NCBI GenBank assembly: GCA_964036045.1
Contig: OZ038378.1
Span: 20,460,001 to 20,524,000 of the forward strand
Origin: Eutreptiella sp. 'Long Island Sound 2002'
Taxonomy: Eukaryota; Protista; Euglenida
Direction of reading: 5' to 3'
DNA: 64,000 nt
Under the pieces are notes generated by a model that searched no databases, was not told where the DNA came from, and saw nothing but the letters and a program-made list of their open reading frames with translations. Positions within the stretch are counted from its first letter, which is position 1; the number at the start of each line of letters is the position of its first letter. Below, piece by piece: positions 1 through 12,700 of this stretch. The translations under genes were made by a program, and so were the position numbers.

Positions 1-148
1 TCAGCACCACCACAGCACTCCACCTCAGCACCACCACATGAATCAAACGCACGTAGGCTAGCACACACAGGACGGAATGAGACAATGGACAGAATCAGTG
101 GATCACATTCAAAACCAAAAGCCTCTACGCTCCGTGCCCTCGGCATAC

Positions 149-304
149 CAGATGGTATAGCGACCAAGAAATTGCTAATGGTCATGAGGGAAAAAGTGTT
201 GGCCAGCCACAACTCGTCGTACCCTCGAGCCCGATGCTCGGATACCATCCACGCCTCGAACGAAGACCACAAGATTGACGTACTGATTCCTGACAGAACA
301 CCAC
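149..304 (-). CDS. MFSD5: MFS molybdate-anion transporter (MFSD5/MOT2 family), internal exon; gene continues off the left edge of the window
   Basis: Translates GGVLSGISTSILWSSFEAWMVSEHRARGYDELWLANTFSLMTISNFLVAIPS, matching the family pattern GRxLGGISTSLLFSxFESWxVxEH. AG acceptor at 306-305 and GTATGC donor at 148. The exon is 156 nt, phase 1 to phase 1, and joins in frame to the 1793-2246 exon. Confidence 0.85.
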
Positions 305-433
305 CTGATCAACAGACCATCAAAGCAACACTGTCCACCTGCTATTTGCATGCAACGACCACATTCAACGGTGTCCTACCCTTTTGACGAGGGCCCTATC
401 TTCCCTGCACTATTCCTTATCCGAAACTTAAAC

Positions 434-580
434 CTGCAAAGTGGACCCGGAAAAAAGGAGATGATTGCAAAAATGGATCCGCATCATATGAGACCTTTTT
501 TTTTTTTTGCAAAGTGGGCCCCGAGCATATGAAACTATTGCAAAGTAACCCGCATCATATGAGGTAATTGCAAAGTTGCA
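434..580. repeat. About five degenerate 30-40 bp tandem units (TTGCAAAGTnnnCCGCATCATATGA-like) in the transporter intron
   Basis: TGCAAA(G/A)T-containing units start at 434, 464, 507, 538 and 568. Three carry (G)CATCATATGA or GCATATGA. Confidence 0.6.
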
Positions 581-599
581 TAGGGGATGCTTTCACATG

Positions 600-1200
600 A
601 GGCTCCAGAATCTTGAACCAGAAAATAGTCCAGACAACCCATTCAAACCCACAAATGGGAAGGGGTTTGCAACGCATCTGCAACTTTTGGAAAGGTCAGA
701 GTCATGTGGCCAGAAGATCACCTACACCACCAAAGGGGCCCAACGTGTCCACCCAGAATGCAAGTGGCAGGTGAGCCTTCCCCCAAAGGCAAGATGTAGC
801 GTAAATGGGTCGCGCAATCACTACGATCGCCTCATTGTGTTGCTGGCATTGGTTGCACACTCCCACGGGGAAGTTCCATGAAGGCTGGTGCGTTGAAGAA
901 TGGCCCAGTGCCATGCCTTTTGTGTGACCTGCTTGTGGGTTAGGGTCATGGGAGTGGGAAGGTTCGAGGTCAGTGTGCGATGTTGATCTCACCAATAAGT
1001 GTGGTGGCATACCGCACTCCCGGGGATTGAGTGTTGAGAGTTGGGGGGCTTTTTCATCCCCAGCTGTGAGGGCTCCATTTCCCCTGCCCCCACGGTGGGG
1101 CTGCAAAGTAAACTGTAGGTTTCCCCAGCCCTGCCCCCATAATGGCAACCCCCCAGGTGGACGTCAAACACGAAGGGTGAAGCCCAACCCAAAGCTGGGG
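600..1200 (-). mobile_element. Possible heavily decayed non-LTR RT fragment in the transporter intron
   Basis: Fragmentary motifs in order: EKAP (cf. KAPG), ARPIYAT (cf. YRPI), LAFWVDTLGPFGGV (cf. xDxxKAFDSV). Many stops and frameshifts. Confidence 0.35.
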
Positions 1201-1792
1201 TCAGATGGGGTTCCCCTTCATGTTGCTCGCTTCCCATCCACTTTTTGCTGCCTTTTTTTTCCAGCCGCCATTGTTGGCTGATGGGGGGTTCTGGTTGTGC
1301 TTTTGTCTGGTTTGCGGATGTCGCGCAACAGACATGCCCACCTCAGTAGCACACATGACAGTGACTCGGACATCAACACAGCACCAGCACCAGCACCAGC
1401 ATCTAGAATGCTTCAACCACCCTGGACAGGACCTGGACAGAGAACTTTCAGAGCAAGGGAGAGCGGGGGAAAGGTCTGAGACCCAGAGGTTTGTAGGCAA
1501 AAATAGCTGAAATTCCGTTTCTAGCACAAAACATGCTTTCCCCCCTGGCATTTTCAGTCGGACCGGCGGCAGCGGGGGCTCTTCCTTAAAAATAAACATA
1601 CATTCCAAAGCATCACTGACCCGAGGGAACGATACCTGGGGCTGCAATGTGGCATCGTCCCACAGCAAATTCACTCTTTCCTGCCTGTCTTACAATCCCT
1701 CAGGGTCGCTGTACTCCTTAAGGGAGGCTGATACACAAAGAGAACATACAGAAAGCGGGGGCTAAGGTGAAAGGTGTGGCGAGTTCACATAC

Positions 1793-2246
1793 CAAGCAAC
1801 AAAATGTAGAAGTGGCCAAAGTGCTTCAACACACAGGATCCAATATAGATTGCTGCATACATCAGACATGACCGCTTACGGCCATACTTGTCTGCAAACA
1901 TTCCACAGAAGGTGCCCAGCAGCATACTGCTAGCGTAGCCGCTCAAGAAGAGCATGCCACACTGCCGTCGAGAGAATCCATAATTGGAATACAGCGCATA
2001 CATCATGGGTCCTTGCAGCCAGTCCCCAGCAAACATAATGCAATACACCACCAGAAACATTCGTTGGAATTTGCGGAATGCAGGAGTGCCCACCGCCGAC
2101 TCATTGGGTCTGCAAAGCATCAGAACGCTGAACAATGAGGTCAGCAGCACAAAAACAACTGCATAAACATGGCTGCCCGCTGACAACTCACTTATAGCGA
2201 GGCTCATCGTGCCCAGCAGCTCCGCAAAGTCTGTGGTGTGATCCAT
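1793..2246 (-). CDS. MFSD5: MFS molybdate-anion transporter (MFSD5/MOT2 family), N-terminal exon
   Basis: FRKFQRMFLVVYCIMFAGDWLQGPMMYALYSNYG...FADKYGRKRSCLMYAAIYIGSCVLKHF contains the characteristic DWLQGP and DKxGRK motifs. GTATGT donor at 1792. A pyrimidine-rich AG acceptor at 2307-2306 lies upstream of the ATG at 2246. Confidence 0.88.
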
Positions 2247-2749
2247 ACCCTTCTTGAGCTCGGAGCAGTCCCTGGCTCCACCAGGACTGCACTCATGCGG
2301 GGGGCCTGCAACACGAGGACAGAGAACACCCACACACTAGAATTGCTCATGTTGTGAAGCGTCGGAGGGGGTGGGTGGGTTGAAAGTGGTACTACTTTGC
2401 CTGTCCTCTGTCCCCTGCCCTCACCCACCAAACTGACTCAGGATCAACTGACAGACAGGACCGGAAGGCCACAAGGCCGTAGTGTGCATTCACACGGTGA
2501 ATCAACATTATTCTTCGCCCATACATCACAAGAACCCCCCCCCCCCCCCTACTGGATGTTTGGGCCATGAACAATGCACTGAAACGCTCCAGTTCAACCC
2601 CCAGTGGATATGGAGGAGGAGGCAAAGCGGGGGATGCACCGCTCACTGAATCGCTCAAGGTGGGCAATGAATACTTCACCATGCACCGAGGTACCAGCGA
2701 CACCACTAGTAGTATTCCTGGCTGTGGTGAACAGGCCTGCTTACGGCAG

Positions 2750-5400
2750 TTCTCGCAACTTAACAAACTGCAAACCAGGCAGCTTCATTGCAATCGCCCG
2801 ACGATGGGGGGGGGGGATGCTCGCCGCACTTGGATCCCCCCCCTGCTGCCCTGCTTGGCCATATATCAATGATGGTCATAACCCTCAGAATCACTCTGGC
2901 ATTCCAACAGGTCTTCATGTATCACGCGGCGGAGAAGCGACACAGTTCGTGCATAATGTCCAGCAAGGCGTCGTGAGGCGCCGTCACAAATTGTCCAATG
3001 CTTGGGCTCAGGTCAGGTCGGTGCCTTTAGGCCACGTCAGAATTACTCTTGATTAACATCCTGCCCTTTCTTCGGCGTGAGTCACTCACATCCGTACTGT
3101 AGCCCGCATTCCACACCTGCTCCGACAGTTCACTCCCCTGTGCCCTCTCCCTCACCCTGTCACTGACATCCTTGGAAACCCATCGCTGTCGGACTCCGAG
3201 CACACGCTCTCCGACAACGTACTGGCGTCCGATTCCGACATCCCTGACCCGCCTGAATCATCCCCAGAGGTCAAGCGAGCGCACTGGTTCCTCCATGGGC
3301 TCCAGACCCAGCACATCCCACTCCCCTCACTCGTCACCCGCCGTCTCTTGGACGGCAGGAGCAGATTATTGGAGTGCATGTATCAACCCATTTTCGCCAG
3401 CAAGTCGACTTGTTCATTTCCATGCACATTCAGGTGGGAGGGCACCCACCTCAGCTGCCGACCCCCCCCCCCGCCCCCCGCAAACCTGGACAGCCGACAC
3501 AACACTCCCCACACCCATCCACCACCCAACACCAGAATGGCCCGTAGCCTTCCACACGGCTGACTGCCCCCAAAAGAAACCGCGCACCCAAGCGCCGCAC
3601 AGTACCCCACGCCAAGCGGAGGCCGCGAGGCACGAGCCCACCGGCGCGCCAGAGCAGCACACCGGGACTCCATCCTGCCAATGATACCACAGGATTTGCT
3701 CCCACAAATCTTGATGCCCCACTTCCCCTGTGGAACAGTCGCCACTTCACCGACCACTCAACCACCGCATTATACACATACTCAGAGTCCATCACAATGA
3801 CTAGTCGCTCTCCTGGCCGTCTCTTCAACAACAGCAGCCCCCGCAACTCCCCCCGACTGATGCTCTAGCGCTCATGCGCCGGAATGTGGCTGTAATAGTT
3901 CTTGTCTCAGTGTTCCCCATACCACACCCCACACCCAGGGGGCGTTTTCGCACAGCGCACGCACAGCACCAATTATTACGTTGTTTATCCCGGGAACACC
4001 CCTGAAAACCACCCCCCTACAGAAGCGTGCATGATCCATTCAAAACAGCATCGGGGGTGCAGAATTCAGGACCCTGGGACCCGTGGCAAGCATCAGGCTA
4101 AAACAAAAAACCCCTGGTGTACCAGCAGGGGCACCGGTGGTGAAAAACAGCCGACTTTTCGCACAGCGCGGGCACAGCGCACGGTGCGCCGCCCCCCCCC
4201 CCCAGCCCGCATCCACCCCCAAACATGTTTCGCTGATCCGTCTGATCCGTCTGTGTACGCCACTGCCCACCCATGTCCAGCGAGTTCTGTCAATTCCTGC
4301 AGCAACTTCTTCTTATATTCCCCCAAGTTGGCCTCTTATAATGCTTTTTGGTTCACCAGCGGCGGTTTGCATATTGTGGTCGGCGGCTTAGGCCCGCGTT
4401 GAAACATTACCTTGTTCGTGAACCACCCGTGCAACTACCCAATGATGTGCTGCAGGTCGACCCGATCGCAACACATATTGTGTTCCAGCCACCAGCCCTC
4501 CAACACACCCAACCACTCAGCCATGAAACCATCCAAGGCCAGCTGCCGACACAAATACTTGGAGTCACATCTCAAGCGCCACTGCGCCTTAATCCCTGAC
4601 CACAACACCAATCCCTGTGTCGTGGTTAGCGACAAGAACGGTCCCTCGTACAAAATTCTGCTGGGGTCTATTTGTCTGGAATCCGTTTGCACTAATCCAA
4701 ACGCCTTTCAAACCGTGGCAAATATGGCTGACGAAAATTGACAATGCCGCAGCACAGCACGTGCTCATGATTCTCCACCCTCCCGTCCAGCAGACATAGC
4801 TGTCCCCCCATGCGCTCCTGCCGCACACCCACTGGCAGTTTCCCCCACAAAACCCGCTTGACAAAATCCAAATCCCATGTGGGCAGGTATAAGTTCTTGA
4901 ACGCTCGCCACACCTCTGGTGGCTGTCGCGCCGCTGGGTGTGTGCCCACCATGCAGAATGGCTTCACGTGCACCCCCACCACCAACCCCGGGCATATCAA
5001 CAACTGCACAATTCACAAAGGTGTGGCTGTGCACCCACTGCATATACAGGCCCAACCCCACCTGTCCCAGCCCCCCTTCGGGCAATGATAGGGCTAGAAT
5101 GGGCATGTCAAACGCCATATGCCCAGATCTAGCGCAATCCGATGCACCATATTCAGTTGGGATATTACATGCTGTGTGGAGGCATATTCCCAGGCAGCAA
5201 GGTTTACCACTGGTGCCACCCACGACGCGAAGAGATACACACATTCTCGCATTCCCAAGCACAGCAACCCTGTGCTTGGATGGTGCGCATGGGGGGGTGG
5301 GGGTGCGGTCTGAACATGGAACACTGCCAGCCAATCTTTGAAAGGTACATTTTGGGATGAGTGCATCGGCCAATGGTTGAGCAACTTCTACCGAAAATTA
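2750..5400 (-). mobile_element. Decayed L1/Tx1-like LINE 3' portion (zf-RVT-like motif, RNase H, Cys-rich tail)
   Basis: LWGKLPVGVRQ...CLLDGRVENHEHVLCC (zf-RVT-like) is followed by RNase H motifs AYTDGS, VIVMDSEYVY, GHQDLWEQIL and WVPSHLNVHGNEQVDLLAK, spread over several frames. Confidence 0.75.
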
Positions 5401-6239
5401 TGCTCACAACGGCAACAATTGAGCAATGCCCACTGAAAGTTGGGCTCGCACTAGCAACAACAGAGAAAAACCTACCAAAAGCGAGGCTTGCACAATTATA
5501 TAGGCAACATTTGAGTGGTGTTCACCTTGAATTTTTTTTGTACATCCGCCAGTCTAATGTACGGCCCCGTCTGAGGAGCGGAATCATGGCTATGCCATGG
5601 TCCGTAATGATTAGACATGCCGGTCTGTCCGAGGCGTTAACAAACACTCCCTCAAATTTCCAGCATTGGTGCATTCGATCATCCGGGTATGCCAAATGGC
5701 CACGTGTCAGCTGGTGACACTGATCACCACAACTCCTCGTTATTGTTTCATGCTCTCTCTTCCTATTCTCTCACTCCTCGCGTGACCTACTTCTAAATGT
5801 ACCCTCAATCGCCGTCGCTTTCTTTCCCCTTGAGTGGTGTTCACCTTTACAAGGGGGGTGCTCGGCTCTTACTCGGGTCCCCCATTTGTACTTTTTGCGA
5901 ATAGCCCATAGTATTTCCTTTAAAGGAGGCTCATAACCCCCCCACCCCCCCTTGTGCAAGCCATGGAAAAGTCCCAAATTAATACAGTCCCTATGCCTAC
6001 TGTAGCTTAGACAAGGCTGGCAAACAGGACACGGAAATGGGAACTGTTGCGCTAGTGCAAGCAAAGGATCAGGATAATGCCCATGGCCCCTCAAATCAAC
6101 ATTTGTGGGCACCATTAGGCAAACAAGAACATCTGGAATGTCCCTCAGCCCAAAACCCTGACACTTTAACCCCAAAACCTTGTCTCATGTGGTTGCAGCA
6201 AAATTCGTACCAAATCAAATTAGATCCCAAATTAATAAG

Positions 6240-7085
6240 CTCCCTATGCCCGCTGTAGCTTGGAGAAGACGGTAGCTTGGTCATAGATCAGCAATGGTCG
6301 TCACCCACCAAAATCACTCTGGCATCCACAGCAGTACAACAGGTCTAAACGTAGCACTGATTGTCCAAGATGTCTAGCAAGCTTGGCCACAAATCGACAA
6401 TGGTTGTCACCCTCTGGAATCACTCCGGAAGCTCTCACAGTGCATTGTCGTGGATACGGTGCCGTGAGGCACCATTACAATTTGTCCACAGATACGGCAG
6501 CAGAGGCGCCGTCACATTTCCTTCAATGCCTTGTCTGCACAGGACTTCAGGCTCTGTGCAATTACTCTTGATTATCCCTTCCCTCCCTGCTCAGTACACG
6601 GCTCATGCCTCCTGAACTTGCCACGGCGTGTGTCACTCTCTTGCGTGCTGAACTCTGATCACCCCAACTCGGAGCTCCTCGGCTCCCACGTGGTGTTCCG
6701 TCGGGTGTCACTGACATTCGTAGTGAACTCTGAAATTGATTCCTGATCCCCGCCTGAAGCCAATGATCCACTGCACTGGGAAGCTTCTTCATCATGCGAT
6801 ACCCCACTGTCCTGTGCCTCCCCTCACTGTCCAAGCTCATTTCCTCCAGCCCCAGGGCCTCCCGCTGCGGCTCCGTGCGCGGCCGCTTTGGCAATGGCTG
6901 GTGGTTGTTGGGGTGCGATTCTCTCCCCAACTCCGCCAGTTGATCCGCCCTGACATTTCCTTCCACCTCCAAGTGAAAGGGGACCCAGCGAATCAGCAAA
7001 CTGTCCCCTGACCTCTCCCGCTCCCAGAGAATCTGTTCCCACAGATCCCCATGACCCACCTCCCCACTCACTGCGTGCCACTTAT
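6240..7085 (-). mobile_element. Second fragment of the same RNase H-bearing LINE family (3' end)
   Basis: GHGDLWEQILWE...RWVPFHLEVEGNVRADQLAELG and the downstream LEEMSxDSE segment parallel the 3170-3720 region. Confidence 0.75.
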
Positions 7086-8519
7086 GGCGGCCCCACTACG
7101 GGAACCAATACACTATGCCACAATAAATGTACAGTAAATTCAAGATTAAGATAATTGACAATTCTTGGAAGGAGTGCCCCATTTTCGACTCTCAATGCCT
7201 GCGCCCTGAAAAGCGTGAATTGCATTCACACTATTTCAGGCATCTCATTTGAGTACACTTGCAAATGAGGTACTTTTTGCGAATGTCATGCAAAGTTCGC
7301 ACGAAATTCACACATGCAACTTTGACACAATTTAAATCCCAAGTTGTACACATCAATTACAATCACTCATGAGCGCATATCCAAGGTATCATTCCCACCT
7401 CTTTCGGAATTTGAATCGTTGTTGCAAGGTTGGAACATACTTGAGGTTCGTAAGTAACCTCATGCGGGCCTGAGTGGCTGAGTGGCATGTTGTTGTTTTC
7501 TCTTCAAGCTTTGTCCATGCATTGCCCTCTTGGTGGCATCCCAACCTTCTGCCATCAGAATTGGGATCGACTATATCTCGGAGCCCCAGCTTCTCCCGAG
7601 GGCTCAGGCCCCCTCGATTGTGCAAATTTGGGGGGGGGGGGGGCTAGCGCTATTTTTGTACGGAGCATCCTGGCCTTAGCCCCAGTTTTGCCCTCCTACT
7701 GTTCAAGGCTGGGGGGGGGGGGGGGGTAGGAATGCCTGTGCAGGGGGACCGCATGGGGTGGGATGGGTCGGGGGGGGGGGGTGCAACCCTGCCTAAGTAA
7801 ATGATGCAAGCAGTAGAACTTCAGCAGTGACAAATTGAACGAACGGTGTGAAACTTCTTGGGTCCGAGATGGAAGCCTCCCCATCCTCTGATGTAGCCAG
7901 CCCCTCCATCTCCTTCACCCAATACCATCCCAATATGGGGCAGAAGGGGCAGTACGTTGCTGTCCCATTAACAGTCTTTGCGCCAGTCACATTCCACACC
8001 CCGCACCTGCGGCTGAGCCCGTCAGGGATTCTACAATGGAGGGAACGGGGCTGCAGTGTCTACGTCCTACAGCCATCCAAGAGACGTTGGGCGCCAGAGC
8101 CTCAACCCACAGGCGTGCAAGGGCCGCATAGAGCACGATGCCGCACCACTTCAGGGTGATGAAGGTCAAAGCACCAGGCTGTAGCCGGCTTGATGGCAGA
8201 AAAACATCATGCTTCAGAATTCTGTGTGTTCCTGTAAGGGCTTGCCTTCATGGATACCACATTCATGAACACCTTTCATATTGTGCCTGGAAATAGGAAC
8301 TGCAGCAACATTGACAGATTTGAAATGAAAACAAAAAGGCTCTTGTGGAACCTTCAACGGGGACCCAAACACCCCCAAAATATTCCACCCCCAACGGGAA
8401 CTTCTGATGAATTTTCAAATTGTATGCACCTTGAGTTATGTGGCAAAAAGGGAAGCCTTTGGCAAAATACCCCAACTGGTACCTGTATACACCTTTGGTA
8501 CCCCCCCCCCCCCCGGGCT

Positions 8520-8870
8520 CGTCCCCTGGTGCAAGCTATGGTCGACAAGTTGGCAGAGAAGGAGGCCAAGTGGGGGTCGCATCTCCATGTGACAATGAAG
8601 ACCATGAAAGAGGTGACAGAGCTTGTTGCACAGGGGTGGGTGGAGGCATACAAGGACAGGTCAGCCAAACAGGTGCAGGAATGGATGCAAGCAGGGAATG
8701 GGATTTATTCTTTGGAACAATCGGTAAGGAATTTTTCGGCGCACGTGCCGGTCACAGAGCGCCAAAGTGTAAGTTGGGGAGAGTTTCGGGGCGTGTTGCA
8801 TGTGTCACTGCAGAGCAAACCAGGAGAGCGCCTAGTGTCTGTGTGGGGCGGGGGGGGGGGGTCCAACACC
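8520..8870 (+). mobile_element. Third fragment of the RNase H-bearing LINE family, opposite orientation
   Basis: WVEAYKDRSAKQVQEWMQAG...GEFRGVLHVSLQSKPGERLV parallels AYTDGSAKHVWGWMRAG...RRPGERLV at 3800-4330. Confidence 0.7.
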
Positions 8871-9160
8871 CACCACCCCAAACTACTTGAAATACACTTG
8901 AGACGCGCCCCACACACACTAGGAGGTGGTCGCTGGACAAGCCGGTCATTGCCCATTGCGCGTGCGGGGGACAGCCTAGCAGTATTTTGCTTGAAACGCA
9001 ACTTATCTTCTCAGTCAGATGTGTGAATGATCTGTGATGCTGTGCACATGGTGATGTCGTGAGTGTGTGCACCCATTTCCGATCCTCATTTACACACATT
9101 CAGAGTTGCTGGAACGTTCAGCCGGCTCTTCCCAAAAGCTTTTGGCATGCACAAGCGCGT

Positions 9161-9197
9161 ACACACACACACACACACGCACACACACACACACACA

Positions 9198-9270
<73 letters not shown>

Positions 9271-9271
9271 C

Positions 9272-9303
<32 letters not shown>
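9161..9303. repeat. Compound (CA)n/(CGCA)n microsatellite, left flank of the PLE array
   Basis: Read directly from the sequence. Confidence 0.98.
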
Positions 9304-9765
9304 GTGCAGCAATGTAAGCAAGAAAAAGCCGATTCTCAACAGAGCATGAATCTTTGACAGTAAGAGGAAAATGTTGCTCTCATGTATGTCCGGGAGATGA
9401 ATGACGTCACAAACCGTTCACAAGGTTAGACAGGTCACTGCAACGTTGACTAGCAATTAGCATTGTGACGTGCACATGAAACGCTTTGACGTGGCGACTT
9501 CACAATTCGTGAGGAACAAGATATGTAATCGCTCTGCACAATGGCGAAGAACAGTTTCATGTGGTCGGCGATACAAATCATAGTCAATCGTCTTACCTAC
9601 AGCAAAATCATTCTCGTGAACCACAGAACCAGACAAAGCAAGGGAGGAACCATTCCTATGACCGTCAAGCAGGATTTCTCGTAACCTTTTCATGAAGCGC
9701 TTACATCTAGAATTGCAGTCCGTACAACCGTTCAATCCAGGCATTGGAAGGTTCAGGATATATTC
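9301..9765. repeat. PLE pseudo-LTR copy 1 (465 bp), followed by (CA)10
   Basis: Matches 15844-16308 and 19902-20366. Confidence 0.95.
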
Positions 9766-9796
9766 ACACACACACACACACACAAAATCCCCTGCA

Positions 9797-12700
9797 TTAC
9801 CGCTGGCGACAACGTCGTTTGGGTAGGGGATGGTCTGCCATATACTCAAGCAACTGCAATCTGGAGTCTGGCATGGAGGTGTGTGCAAGTGAATCGGAAA
9901 CAGATGTAACATCCAGAAACCGGCAGCGCTTGGCTGCCCGTTGACGTCCTTTGCCTCCTATAGGTGGATTGGGGAGTTGTGGTACCTTGTGTTCAGTGAT
10001 GAGCGGGGAGATTGCATAATGGGCAACAAGTTTCATCAGGAATGTCAGTCCCTTACAAAGCTTTTTTGACCAAGTGCGCAGGAGAAACATATAGAATATT
10101 GCCAAATTTCTACTGGGTACTGCAAAGCATAGTTTGGTGGCAACACGACAGAGGGGAAGGAAGACTGGCCATCGCTGGGTGACAAGGGAAAGTGGCAGGT
10201 GAAACCAAAAATGGACGAAGATGTATTTTGCAGTAGTACAGAGTTGGTAGATGGTGGAGTATGGTATGTACGAGAAAATAGTAGAGTACCATAGTACACG
10301 GGGAAGGTATGTGACTGGTGCTGTTTTCTCAACAAGTAACTCCATGTGTTTCAGGGATAGCACCGGTGGTAGTATGCTGGTGGTCAGAGAAAAGGTGGGA
10401 ACGGACTTCAGAGAGGTGGTTGTCAACAAACTTGCAGATTGCAACAAACAGTATTTTGGAGGACAGGGCACAACCCAGGGCAATTCATCGAGAAATTGAT
10501 TCCATGTCAATGGCAAATCGGAATAAGAGGAATATGCTCGACGTACCACTGGCATCCACCAAGACAGTGGATATGTTTTTTGCAGGAATTCCCACACAAT
10601 ATGGGCACAATTGGAAATAAATAGCACAGGGTGGGTGTGTAGAATGGAAGCTAAGTTGACCAAATTCACTGCCATGCCATGTACAATACGTGCTGCATGT
10701 AGAGAATGCACATCAGGGTACCGAGACACTGGGATACGCGGGGTAAGGCAGGACAGGAGTACCTTGTTTTTCATACCCCAATGAATTTCAGGACCTACAC
10801 AGGAAATCTGGAGTTGCAATGTGTTGAAACTAGTGCCTAGTTGCTCAACAGTCAAGGGAACACGATAGATTTCCGTGAGAAGCCGTTTGACCCGCTGGAC
10901 TGTCGCCAGAAGGTTGTGTTTAGGGCAAAGTCCTACAACATTATCAACATAGCGACACAATTTTGTATGTTCAGGTAAACGGGCATCCCAATTGATGGTG
11001 CTTTCAGCATGCATGAGGATGACATTTGCATTCTGCGAGGCCATCTGAGCACCAATGGCCACTCCAGTGTATTGTTCAAATATGTCAGAACCAATTTGGA
11101 ATAAGTCATTCAAGTAGGCATCCAAGGTAATGCGATCAACCAATTCTCGACTGGAGAACACAGAATAATATTTGGGGGACTTTTTTCCAATGCAATCTAA
11201 CTGTGAATCGGAACCATGGGCCACAGAAATGTATATATCCTTTTCTGTACGGCGGTAACAATACATTTTGGTACAGCGGTCGAAAAGGTTAGTGTAAGCT
11301 GGCCTGAGCATGGACCTGTCCAAGCTGGGGAACATTCGTTTCAGGTCCAGCTCAAAACCGGCAACGTCGACATTCAATGCTGAAAAGTACTGTTGTGCCG
11401 GGCGCAGAAATTGGGTAACCAGCTGTTGCTGTGTAAGGATTTGTAAAGAAAAGAAAGAACTTTGAAAAAGACGGCATGCAACCGAAGCCGCACGACTAAC
11501 AATGCGGGAATGGCGTTTCCAGGGATGGGCACCATTACTAAAAATTTCCCTGGTGGCAACATCAGCAATGGGCTGGGTCGGTTGGTACGGAAGACTTTTG
11601 CCTTTTATTGAAAGAATGACAGAGGGGGGATACACCTGTTTCGTATGTCGATGCCCATATGGGTATATCGGTGGCGCATACAGTATGTTATCCGTAAGGT
11701 GCATCTGCTGTTGGGCATCGTGTAGTAGTATGTTTTTTACTGTACATAACGTTTGTGGTGTGATGGGATGAGATGGAACAGGCAACAGGGGTGTTTTGAT
11801 GGAAATACCTTTGAGTATGGGCACCTGAAGGGACAATGTGTTCCGCAGGCGGAGGGGAGACAAATGATTGAGAATCTCAGGATACACTCGGACACACAAG
11901 TTATAATACAAAAGCAGGACATTGCGTGCCCGGGTGGGAGAACGACAGGTAAATAAATGACGGTAATTGACTGCCTGTGTGAACACATATAAGATCAATC
12001 GGTAAAAGGTAACAATTGTGGCCACAGCATACAGTAAGGGGTATTTATCAACACGTACGGGCAGGAGTTCTGGGAATGTGTGTTGAAAAGACTTGAGTGT
12101 TGCTGTGCGAATACAAGACTGAGCGACTGAAGAGGATTGGAGAGTAGATGTCAGGAGTGTATGCACTTTAGCAGCAAACTGTGTAAAGGGAAAGGGGGCA
12201 GCCTTTGGTAATTGTGATTTCAGGGACTCCAGGTGCTCTGCAAGACGTCGATGAGCAGTCACAGACGCCGGAATAATTGTATGGTTGAGGGGTGCGTGCA
12301 ACAATTGGGTAAGGGGTGTGGGGTGTTGGGGCGTCACAATTTCCGGTCCTGTTGCAATGAAATTATCTTCGTGAGAATGAGCAGTCACATAATTCTGATA
12401 ATCAGCAATGGACAATTGCAAACGATCCTGGGTGAAGGTCTGTGACAATTTGTGTGGGTGGCAGAGGGGTACAATCAGGATTTTGTGGAGGTATTGTTTG
12501 AGAATTCGGGGCAAAGTAGTAGCATGAATGAAATCAGCAAACCACTTCTTGATGTGCACCACATCCAGGGCAGTAATGCAGGGGATACGTAAGAGCAGAA
12601 AATATGGCATGTCGATGTGGAAATGTCTATTGATCAATGGGAAGAACCGTGTTTGCATGACGTGGAATTTCCAAGCTGGGACCACACCTTTTGCTTGCAC

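Noticed and set aside
434-580. CRISPR-like array
   Set aside because: The units are degenerate, without unique spacers of constant length, and lie in a eukaryotic intron with no cas genes.
9059-9357. His/Thr/Ala/Arg or Val/Cys repeat ORFs here and at 20058-20760 and 31469-32068
   Set aside because: These are translations of (CA)n/(CGCA)n microsatellites.
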